The notes under the pieces are model-generated. The model was not told where the DNA came from and did no database searches. It worked only from the letters and a program-made list of their open reading frames with translations. DNA of 62,388 nucleotides, filler included, from Intoshia linei (taxonomy: Eukaryota; Animalia; Orthonectida): NCBI GenBank assembly GCA_001642005.1. It is 11 parts of 11 records of this genome, joined end to end, with 100 filler letters (N's around TTAATTAATTAA, not from the genome) between each part and the next. Parts side by side here need not be neighbours in the genome. Positions count along the whole stretch, not along the records: positions 47,650 to 52,888 come from LWCA01001810.1; positions 52,989 to 62,388 come from LWCA01001360.1; 9 more parts are not named here. One strand, written 5' to 3'. Positions 52,447 through 62,388 of this stretch are shown here, in pieces; position 1 is the stretch's first letter; every line of letters begins with the position of its first letter. A program made the translations under genes and the position numbers.

Positions 52447-52888
52447 TGGAAAAATTAATTCTAAAGTTAAAACCTTTAATATCGGAGGATGGAAAATACA
52501 CTAGAGATCCGCATGTATGTATTCAGTGATTTGAAAATATTTTAGTATTAACAATGCCTGATCAAAAAATTTCTGATAAAAAGAAATGTACATTATTAAA
52601 AGTGTTGATCGGAGAAATTGCTGAGAAACGTTTTGAAAATTCCAATGTCACGGAATCGTATGTATTAATCAAGAAGTTTTGTCGTGGCATAAATTAAGTG
52701 TTTCCGATAAGAGACAAATTTACGAATACATTTCAAGGTAGCAATGAAACAATAGAGGCATATATCGATAGATTAAACAATTTGACTACTTATTGTAAAT
52801 TCGTTGATAGAAAAGAGAAAATACGTGATCAATTGGTACGTGGTATAAAAAATCGTCGGGCAGTTGAAGAAATTAAAATGTATGACCA
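52447..52888 (+). mobile_element. Ty3/gypsy gag relic (separate insertion; possible short LTR 52297-52427)
   Basis: RDKF...QGSNETIEAYIDRLNNLTTYCKF.....IRDQLVRGI is a gypsy gag major-homology-like region. Confidence 0.8.
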
Positions 52889-53126
52889 NNNNNNNNNNNN
52901 NNNNNNNNNNNNNNNNNNNNNNNNNNNNNNNNTTAATTAATTAANNNNNNNNNNNNNNNNNNNNNNNNNNNNNNNNNNNNNNNNNNNNAAAATTTAATTT
53001 AAATATTTTATTATTTAAATTGTAAATGATTTCACATTATTTGAATTAATCGCATACTATAACATTACATTTTAAAAATTATTAAAATTTATTATAATAA
53101 ACTTAAATTTTTAATACGTTTTAAAT

Positions 53127-53460
53127 CAGTGCTGCCTAAAACGTACTTCTGGCAGTTTTATGTAAATTAATAAATGTTTCTATAATACAAATCATTGATT
53201 TATCCGAACGTTAACTTCGTATTTTGGTGAAAATATTTTTATTTTGACTAACTTAAATATTTCCTGAATGAATCTGCTGTACAGATAGAAATAGATTATT
53301 ACGATTTTAATAGAATTATGAAAGCAATTCAATAAAAAAATAGTTTTCAATTTAAATAAATTTTAAATATAATTTTTACCACCCCCTCCCCCAAAATATC
53401 CAAACGCCCCCTAAATGTTAAAATTACCCCAGGGGGCGGTACACTCGTTGAAGACCCCTG
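53127..53460. mobile_element. hAT Charlie-type MITE
   Basis: CAGTGCTGCCTAA ... TTGAAGACCCCTG; flanks ttttaaat/ttttagat. Confidence 0.65.
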
Positions 53461-54031
53461 TTTTAGATCAAATAAATTATATTTACAATAAATAAATAAC
53501 TGATATTTAAAGTAAGATAATATCGTAATTTTATATAAACTAGTATCATTAAAAGTAAATAATTAAATATGTTATTAACAAACTCTTAATTATAAATTAC
53601 TTTTTGTAGACATAAAGTTTCTATTGTATTTTAAAATATAGTTTCAATTAATTCTGGCGTAATCCTAATTCTACGAATAGACTTGATATAACCTCACCAA
53701 AGAAAATAATTTTTTAACTAAGGCGTTAGTTGCAGGTATTGATAATTTAATTATTTATTAATGCAATTTTCACATGAATTGATTGAAAAACCAATCTGAT
53801 TCGAAAAATTAATAATTTTTAAAAATAAACTTATTCTTAAATGTACTGAGTGTTCAGTAAAAATTCAGTACCCAGAAAATTTTAAATAAAAAAATCCAAT
53901 AACTCAGTAAAAGTAAAATTAAGTACTTACTTATGTACCATTTTAACTAAATTGGTTAATAAATAACTCAATATTTTTTACTAAAGTTGAACACATTACT
54001 CAGTACTATAAAAGAAAATTTATAAATAATT

Positions 54032-57000
54032 TTAATGGAAATGAGAATGACTATGATCATGATATTTTGAAGTATGTAAATTTTTGCCATGATGATAATT
54101 CCGATGATTATAATAATGTGGCTTATGATTGTAATTATGAGAATGACCGTTTTGAATGAGGTTTCTTTGTTTTTTTATAAAATTTTGATGAGCCAAATTC
54201 ATATAAATTTCATAAGCATGCATATTACGAATAATAGGATCACCATATCTTTCAATATTCACATGAGAATGAGGTTGTATATGATGACTAGATTGATGAT
54301 ACTGTTGTGGATGATTATGATGTCCATAATTCGAATAGCTGGGACTATTTTCAAAATAACCATGAACATTAATCTGACTCGATGGATACAAATCTTTATC
54401 ATGATAGTTATTTCCATTAAATTCACCATCATGGTCATGTACATGATGTCTATGATCATGTTGATCGTACCCGTGGAATCTTTCTGCATTTGTTACATAC
54501 GGATTGTAAGCATACTCGTTATGATTAGAGTACCCAGAAGGGTATTTCGAATGTGATACATAGTCATCATGAACATTTGCATGCGTTTTGTCATAATGAA
54601 TAGGCCTATATCCATTATGACTGTGTGAATTTTTTAATTTCGTGTGATCATAATTTGAAATGTTGTGACTACTGTTTGATGGTTTTGAATTCAAAGTATG
54701 TTCATTTCCATCAGCTAGATGATTATAATTATGTTTATTTCCATAATCAATGATATCATTAGGATTCAATTCGTCGTGTAATCCGTGGTACGATCCTCTA
54801 TTGTCATGATACGTATCTGTGTGGTCTTTAATAGAATGACTAACGTCTTTATAATAGTCGCCATAATATTTATCATGTGATGCATGCTTATTTGTATAAT
54901 CATTTACAGAGTGGTTGTTATTCTTATCTTTATTAATATTGTAATCGAAACCATCATTTGGGCGACTGTCAGTGTGGTCACTAATAGCATAATTATCGTT
55001 TTCATTGAACTCGTAATCGTATAACTTGCTATTTAGGTTATCTCCGGGTTTAAAATCATATGAGACCTCACTCAGTTTTCTTTTGACTAAAATTTAAATA
55101 TTACATAATATGTATAATCCACTTGTCCACTTTTGATGTGTTTTTTTATTAGAAAACTCATTTTAGACGTGGATGATTTTATATTATAAAAGCATTTATC
55201 CCCGAAAAATGAATAATAAAATGCTGTTTGACCGTGAAGTTGTCACTTATTCAGATTGAAATTTTTTGTGTGTGTTAACAGAATACAACAGTACCACCTG
55301 TAATTTTTTTAAATTCTAGGGTTGTTTTATAAAAAAAAGAGTAATTTGGAGTTTTGGCCCTGAAGATGTAATTTTTTTAAATTTAAATTTATGATGATAT
55401 TTATGATTTTAAAATCCGTATCAGAGAATATATTTTTTTAAATTTTCCAACTCGTTTTATTTTCAAAAAAAGGACAATTGGGGTTTTTAACCCGTAAGAT
55501 GTGAGTTTGGGATGTTGAAATTTATCTTATTTTACGTCCCGAAAAAAAACTGTGATTGAAATGTGAACTTTATAAAATTCTAAGACTGGTAGTTATTGAA
55601 ATAAACGGTAACACACACAAATATTGCGTAGCATATTATATACGTAAGGATAACTTTATTTTATGTATAATCAATTTTAATTTTATTTCGATGGATAATT
55701 ATATTGGTAATTCATTTGATGGATTTTTCTAATAAAAAAAGTGGATACCCTAACCGTTAGGGCCTAACGTATCAGTGGCGTAGCGTCATAGTATGAAAGG
55801 TGTTCGCCGAACACCCTTGACAATTTAAAATTTAAAAAAATTATATTTAATAAATAGAATAATTTTTATTATTTAAGTTCGATATCACATCATAGTTCAT
55901 ATTCGATATTCATATAAAATGTCAATAGTAAATTATCTGTTAAAATCTATCTTTAAAAAACATCAGTACAAAATTTTAAACTCATAATAAATTTGAACAT
56001 CGTAAAAATTGGATAAATATTTTCTATAGAGATTTAAATTCTGAAATTATACTCAACTTTAGGTGTCTTGAAAATTTAGCGAACACAATTTCATAGTATC
56101 TTAATCATATTTTATGCTCACATTTATAATAGTAAAATATTTTCTATAGAGATTTACATTGTCAAATTTTACTCAAGGTGTGTTGAAAATAAAATGAACA
56201 CCTTGCACTTAGATATAAATTTAGACTGAACACTATACTTTCATTATTGCGATGTTTTCATTGTTTAATTATTTTTTATAGAGATTTTAATATTATACTC
56301 AAGGTGTCTTGAAAATTTAGCGAACACAATTTCATAGTATCTAATGATTAGAGCCATTCATAGAGCATAATGACTAGGTTACGCTAGATTTTGATTATGA
56401 TCTTAAAGAAGTTTGCATCATTGTGAATTACATAATTATGTTTATTTGTTTACATTTTATTTTATTTTATTTATTGTTGCTTAACGACTTTAGAGCATAA
56501 TAAGAGCATAATGTTTGAATGGCTCTACTAATGATACATCTTTTGCTAACATTTATAATATGGAAATATTTTCTATAGATTTACATATCAAATTTTACTC
56601 AAAATGTGTTGAAAATAAAATGAACAACTTACACTTAGATATAGATTTAGACTTTAATTAAATACAGTATTTATTTCTAATTGGTCAAAAATTTTATTTA
56701 CAAGAATGAAACAAATTAAATTCACATCAAATACAATTTATCTTTCAAGCATACTTTATAGAAGTGGTTTTCAAATTTTCTGTATTCGCGACCCCTTATG
56801 AACATTTCTTTATATTTCGGTATTAATTTTAACTTTATTTAAAAATTTTATGTTACCAAGGAACCATTCCCGAACACCTTGTGAGAAAAGTCACGCTACG
56901 CCACTGTAACGTATAATGTATAAGATGGTTTGTATATATGAAAAAATGAATATACCTCGTCGGTAGACAGATGGAGGCTCTAAATTGAAAATTAAAACAT

Positions 57001-58701
57001 AAAAAAATAAAAATTACCTGGTGTTATATATTGTGGGAAATCTTTTGGCATCGAACTCCATGGTGATATTTTACTAGTAACGCGAAAATTAGATAATGCA
57101 ACAAACCCACTTCTGTTGATAACGCTTACAATAATCTAAAATACTATTTAAAAAGTATGATTATGAATCATTTATACTTGTATTAAATTATCAGTTTCAA
57201 CCCAAAAATGTCCTTCATATGTTTTCCATTTATCACCTTTACTTTTGTTTGTATTTGGAAGGTAATGTGGTAAATTTCCAGGCGATTGGACATGTATTTT
57301 AACCGTATTGTTAATCGCTGTCGAGTAATAATCAAGTTTTACAGTTAACAAAATTGACTCGTATACATCTTTACTATTTGCAAATGGGTGATATCTTAAT
57401 CTAAATATCATATAATGTTAATTAGTTAAGATGATTTATGTATATAAATCTTGTCAGTACTGTAAAATGTACAAATAAAGCGTTGAAGCTGTTGGCGACT
57501 TATTTTTATTTTTATTTAACTTAACATCAAGAAAAAGTAAAATGCAATAACAATCTTTGTACAAAAATAAAATATGTAATTTATGTCGTTTGATTGTATA
57601 TTTTATGATTTTAAACACAAAATATGATGAAAATATTAAAAAATTGAATACAATAAATTAAAATTGAAATTTAATTTGAAAATCGATAGTTACAATACAT
57701 TAAAAAAATTTTTTTGAATTTTATCTAAAAATGAAATAAACAAAAATAAAGTTTTATTTAAAATTTTCACTTTATTATACAAGAAATTGAAACAGAGCAA
57801 GCGTCTCATTAATTTTAGATGGAATTAATTCAATTTGTTCGTTTTACCATTTATGAATAATTACGCTAATCTTAACGATCTTGGACTATATTTATAATCT
57901 TATGAACCATGACTTTGTTTACTTTTAATTTTAAATCTAATGTTGGTAATTTAATTAATAATTTAGATTTTTAATGATGATTTTATAATAAAAGTTATAC
58001 GTTTTTGATGATGAAAATATCTATTTGTGGACTTTAATTTTTATTATTGCTTCTAAGCTTTCAATATGATATTTTTTCAGTGGTAATTTTCAAAATCTCG
58101 CTAAAACGAACTTTGGATCGTGTTGATAGTTTCACAACTCTAATCAGTACATTTTTCAAATAAACAGTAGATAGATGATTTTTTGTTGACCGACAAACCA
58201 AGTGCTGGATTATTTATTATTACGTTTATTTTCAAATAAAACTTTTTTTTTAGATATTTTATGGTTATTTTAATTATATTTCATTCATAAAAAACGGACA
58301 AAAATGTCCTCTGCGAGTAGTAAAAAGTTAATAAACTTGAAAAAATCTAATATACTCAAATCCTTTTTTTAAATTTAAATAATCTGCATCTGACCTAAAA
58401 CTGATATGATCATATAGCTATTCTACAGCAAACGAAGCATATTCTAGACCGCCGTACCCTAATACGTGAGTATAAATTACGTAGCAAATCCATCTGTAGT
58501 TTTGGCATAATGAACGACATTTTCCAAACTTTTCTCATCTTGATTAATAACCCAGTTCCCAGTATACCTACCGCATGTATGATTGATAAATGGACATTCA
58601 AACACAACTAAAGATAAAAATAAAGATGAAAAAATAAAAAAACCATAAACAGATGCTGTAAAGTTGAATAGAAATAAGATGAATATAAAAATGAAATTCA
58701 T
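54032..58701 (-). CDS. Predicted secreted 534-aa protein: signal peptide, MAM-like domain, RRVKR site, His/Asn/Tyr/Asp-rich tail; exons 58644-58701, 58481-58607, 57178-57400, 57018-57135, 56956-56979, 54032-55086
   Basis: All five introns GT-AG with matching phases; exons total 1605 nt = 535 codons with no internal stop; no assembly gap inside. Confidence 0.75.
55220..55650 (-). mobile_element. Non-autonomous Helitron-like repeat (intronic)
   Basis: Same family; minus-strand 5' end A|TCCTTACGTATATAA. Confidence 0.75.
55773..56906. mobile_element. hAT non-autonomous element with internal tandem duplications
   Basis: TIR CAGTGGCGTAGCGT / ACGCTACGCCACTG; perfect TSD taacgtat; repeated GAACAC motifs. 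Confidence 0.93.
56349..56527. mobile_element. 179-bp hAT MITE nested in the 55773-56906 element
   Basis: TIR TAGAGCCATTCA / TGAATGGCTCTA; perfect TSD ctaatgat. Confidence 0.92.
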
Positions 58702-58882
58702 AATTGAAAAGTGAAATTAAACGAAATTTAAAATTAATAAATTAATAAACAAAAAATAAAACAATTTAACTACACAATGAATACAAATACATTTCAACAA
58801 TATGATACTGTTTACAATGTGATAACATTTACAATAGCGTCTTATTAACATTTTAATAAAAAAAGTTAAACACAGATTAAAA

Positions 58883-60652
58883 TTAAATTGAAGTTTCTGA
58901 ATTGACAACTAGAGTAAAAAAATTATCCTGTAATCCGATTGAATGTTCTTGTAAATAGAATTGAGGAATTGAACGACATGTAACAAGTAAAGAAACGTCA
59001 GATTGTTTTAATCTAAAAATTGTTCCATGTGTGATTGATCCACTGAGATTATCAGAACAAATAATTTTCCATGAATCACGGATATTTTTTTCTCTTTTTA
59101 GAGATTTATTGTAACTACTTTTGAAAATTTTTTTATCTTTACATTTTTCTTCAGATGCAGAATGTCTTCCAATTGAAGGGTATCCATTATTCTCAAGTTG
59201 AGTTGTGATTGAGGCGGATATAGTATATGTATTATAAATAACATTGCCTTGGTGTACATAGCGGTTTACAAATGTTTTGGGTCCCATATCATTACTAAGA
59301 CACAAAGCTAAATAATCGATAATGGATCGTAAATTGTATTTTTGTTGTTGTCGCGTAATCCTCAAGTACTTTTTCAAAGGGTTTCCCAAAGTCGCAAAAA
59401 CTGCTTCAGCTGCTTCCCGAGATGTCAAAGGTGGTGATATGTCGTTATTCAACCTCCTCACATTATTAAAAGATTCTTCTGCAGCAGTCATTAGTCTTAC
59501 TTTTCTCCTTTGCACACGTCTTTCATAATCAACTTCTTCATAGAATCGATCATTTCTACTTTTATTTTTCATTCTTTGTTTGATCATGCCAGAATATTTT
59601 TGAACGTCGATAGTTTCTTCGTTCGACATTTGAGGAATCATTGCGTCGTTGTTTACATTTTGATTCGGACCTTCGTTCACATTGTAAATTTTAAATGTTG
59701 ATAATCTGGCTCTACGCTTAGCGTACCTTTCAAGATGTGGATTGTAACCAGGAAAATCGTTAAAGTAAAACTGCAACATTTGAACAGCAGTCCTCTGAAT
59801 ACTAAGTTGACCAATAATGTAATTTTTAGTAAAACCGTCTGGAGACCTAACCATTTCTATCGAATATTTACACCGCATTTGTCGAATTTCTAGAAGCAGG
59901 ATAGCAACATAATGTAAGAAAAGTTGTGTGTCCAAATACGTTGAAGCATATCTAACAATGACATCCAACCTTTCTTCTATTCTAAAAGCTATTTTAACCA
60001 CATAGTACAGCCAGAATATAAGAGATATAAACATGGACAAAAAGGTAAGGAACGTACGAATTGTAAAATTACGAGGCATTATGGCTAATTTTGATCTGAA
60101 AAATATTGCCCATGAACCTATCAAAGCCAATAATATCTTTGAACCAATAGAAATGTATATCCCGTCACATTCTACATCACATTTACTAATTTTCCAGCCA
60201 TCGACTAATCCCAATTTTGGCAATATAAACATAATAATTGGCGATATGAACGCTGCAATAAATACTATACCGGCTATGAACATTGTAAACAAACTAGAAT
60301 AAAGCTGCGAACAATAAGAACTTTTTACATTGTATTTTTCCAAGGCGTTATGAAATACGGCTGTTCCATCTGTAATTACAGAATAAGCCGTTTCAGATGT
60401 TGTGTTGGTTGTCCTATCAGACTTTGCATCACCCCAATCATCGTCTTGAGGGATGATGCGTACGGCATCGTGGTCTGGTTTTGAACGATTTCGGTAAAAT
60501 TGAGGAGGGTTTAAAACTACTCTCCGATTATCCATACCGTTTTGTTGGTTATAGACATTATTCATTTCTTGTCTGTTTTGATAATTGTAATTTCTACTTT
60601 TTCCAGGATAAGGAATCTCACTGTGAACTGATTTTATTGACATCCTTTCCAT
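58883..60652 (-). CDS. Vang: Vang-like / strabismus planar cell polarity protein, intronless CDS, about 589 aa
   Basis: QDDDWGD, four TM helices, C.V.CDG.YIS, RSPDG, GQLSIQR, FYEE.DYERRV.RRK.RL.TAAEESF, EAAEAVF, L.KYLRITRQQ, C-terminal ETSI; first ATG at 60652 (the ORF track start at 60709 is TTG). Confidence 0.97.
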   Translation of the reverse strand: MERMSIKSVHSEIPYPGKSRNYNYQNRQEMNNVYNQQNGMDNRRVVLNPPQFYRNRSKPDHDAVRIIPQDDDWGDAKSDRTTNTTSETAYSVITDGTAVFHNALEKYNVKSSYCSQLYSSLFTMFIAGIVFIAAFISPIIMFILPKLGLVDGWKISKCDVECDGIYISIGSKILLALIGSWAIFFRSKLAIMPRNFTIRTFLTFLSMFISLIFWLYYVVKIAFRIEERLDVIVRYASTYLDTQLFLHYVAILLLEIRQMRCKYSIEMVRSPDGFTKNYIIGQLSIQRTAVQMLQFYFNDFPGYNPHLERYAKRRARLSTFKIYNVNEGPNQNVNNDAMIPQMSNEETIDVQKYSGMIKQRMKNKSRNDRFYEEVDYERRVQRRKVRLMTAAEESFNNVRRLNNDISPPLTSREAAEAVFATLGNPLKKYLRITRQQQKYNLRSIIDYLALCLSNDMGPKTFVNRYVHQGNVIYNTYTISASITTQLENNGYPSIGRHSASEEKCKDKKIFKSSYNKSLKREKNIRDSWKIICSDNLSGSITHGTIFRLKQSDVSLLVTCRSIPQFYLQEHSIGLQDNFFTLVVNSETSI

Positions 60653-61471
60653 CTTTATATAAAGGATTTTAAATGGTATTGATTCAAACCTAATTGATGT
60701 TTCTTTCAAAAATTGAAAATGCTAAATGATTTTGTTTTTCATTCCTATGGTTGTTGCCATTTTATGGTATCGTATAAAGTTAGCGCGTATCTGTAGTATG
60801 AATTGTAATTTATGATGCGAGACTACTGTCAGACTGTCAGCTGTAGTGTGTATATTTTAAAGAAAATGCCGCCAATGGATTCTAATTAACTAAGTACCAA
60901 AGAGTCTCTGGACTCAAATTTACAAATTTTAAGATGGATAATGTAAATTGACAATGAAACAGTTGCATACTTATTAATCATTAATGTATTAATTCATTTA
61001 TTGTACGATTCATCGTGTACGAATTATACTACGTCTAGTAAAATTTACAACAAAGGATCCGAAGCAGTTCAAAGTATATAAATTCTGCCATTGAACAATT
61101 ATAATTATAGTTAACTTTACGTGGCTATTGTACATATTATCAGTTAAAATTTAGTAAAGCCAAAACTACATGTTACTTATCTATGATGAATAGGGTAATT
61201 TTTTATTCCTATATAAAAAAAAAAGCTGAACTAAAAATTACATTTACTGACTTTATCTGAACTTAACATTTTTGTGTTTCTATAGTTAATACCAACTGAA
61301 TCTACTTATCCGAAACCTAACTTTTGGTGGCCTTAAATTTAATAGACCTTAATTGTAATATTCACATAGGCTTCGACCATGATGGTGTCGGTCATTTTAC
61401 AATGTAATTTTTACATAATAAATTAATATGAATAAAACTTAAAATATGGAATATTTATTTAAAATTTATTA

Positions 61472-61906
61472 TCCTTACTTATATAATGAGCTATGCAATA
61501 TTTGTTTGTGTGTGTGTCTTAGAATTTTATAAAGTCCATATTTCAATTACATTTTTTTCCGGGGGTGTTAGCAAAAGTATTTTTCAACCTCCCAAACACA
61601 TCTTACGGGTCAAAAAGCCCAATTGTCCTTTCTTTAAAAATCAAACGAGTTCGATAATGTAAAAAAATATACTCTGATATCTTCAAACCAAAACCCCAAA
61701 TTACCCTTTCTTTTTAATTAAAGCAGCCCTAGAATTTAAAAAAAAATTACAGGTGGTACAGTTGTATCCTGTTAAGACACACAAAAAACTTCAATCTGAA
61801 TAAGTGACACCTTCACGGTGACGTGAATTTATTTTTTTGGTAGAATAAAATATGCTCTCGGTAGAACTAGGTGATGTTTGTACGTAGTACATAACAGTCA
61901 ACCTAG
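61472..61906 (+). mobile_element. Apparently full-length non-autonomous Helitron-like element (435 bp)
   Basis: A|TCCTTACTTATATAA...(GT)n...hairpin...CTAG|T; inserted between A and T with no TSD. Confidence 0.75.
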
Positions 61907-62388
61907 TGTTTTATAAAATTTTTGCACGTTTCATTTTTAAAAAAAAAGGTAATTTGGGGTTTTGAATATGAAGGTATGCGTCTTAAGGATGAGATCCATG
62001 ACAATGATTTTAAAATGCGTTTCAAAATTAATGTTTTATTAAATTTATCGGCTGATTTTAGTTTTTTAAAAAGGGAAAAGTGGGTTTTAGATCCTGAAAG
62101 ACTTAAATTCATAAACTGAAAAGTATCTAATAGAAACTACTAGTAGTTAATCTAGTAACTTTTACTTCTTTTACAAAAACTTACTTAATTAATGAACAAA
62201 GTTTACTTTTTCATTTGAAAATATGCACCATGCAGTCACAAAAAATTCTTGATAATTCTTTAAAAATGTTGTTTTCTCACTTTTTTCTGAGAGAAATCAG
62301 ATATGATATGATCAAAACTGATATTATTCAAAACATCATTCTCAATTGACATTAAGGAGAGCGCATTCAAACGAGGTTGAGCTAAGCA

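Noticed and set aside
54089-54556. Met/Ile-rich ORF resembling a membrane protein
   Set aside because: Antisense shadow of the CAT/AAT/GAT-rich His exon
59322-60672. Plus-strand ORFs inside Vang
   Set aside because: Antisense shadows
1-62388. tRNA, rRNA, CRISPR, prokaryotic operons or an alternative genetic code
   Set aside because: None seen by eye; conserved genes translate with the standard code once introns are removed, and in-frame stops fall in introns or TE relics

Overview
Very AT-rich animal genomic DNA from a draft assembly. Ten 100-nt artificial spacers (N...TTAATTAATTAA...N) split it into 11 contigs, so adjacency across them is unproven. Genes are compact, with mostly 36-42 nt GT-AG introns and a few long introns packed with transposons. 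This fits a reduced parasite genome such as the orthonectid Intoshia (inference, not checked). Manual splicing supports: a synaptotagmin-7 C2A exon, the 5' half of Sec13, TTC27, an orphan N/Q/P/G-rich protein, the 5' part of mitochondrial prolyl-tRNA synthetase, a class A peptide GPCR, the 3' part of an LCAT/PLA2G15-type lipase, the 3' part of an EGF/ephrin-receptor-like membrane protein, CCDC130/YJU2B, an orphan coiled-coil gene and an intronless Vang/strabismus. The intergenic and intronic DNA holds hAT MITEs (several with perfect 8-bp TSDs, some nested), Buster/Tip100, piggyBac, Chapaev3-like, LINE and Ty3/gypsy relics, foldbacks and a Helitron-like family. The best novelty candidate is a six-exon minus-strand gene (54032-58701) that the ORF track shows only as fragments. 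It splices in phase to 534 aa: signal peptide, divergent MAM-like domain, furin-type site (RRVKR) formed across a splice junction, and a ~350-aa His/Asn/Tyr/Asp-rich tail. Same-strand gene pairs with spacers of only 66-291 nt suggest possible operon-like transcription. All homology calls come from recalled motifs; no searches were run.
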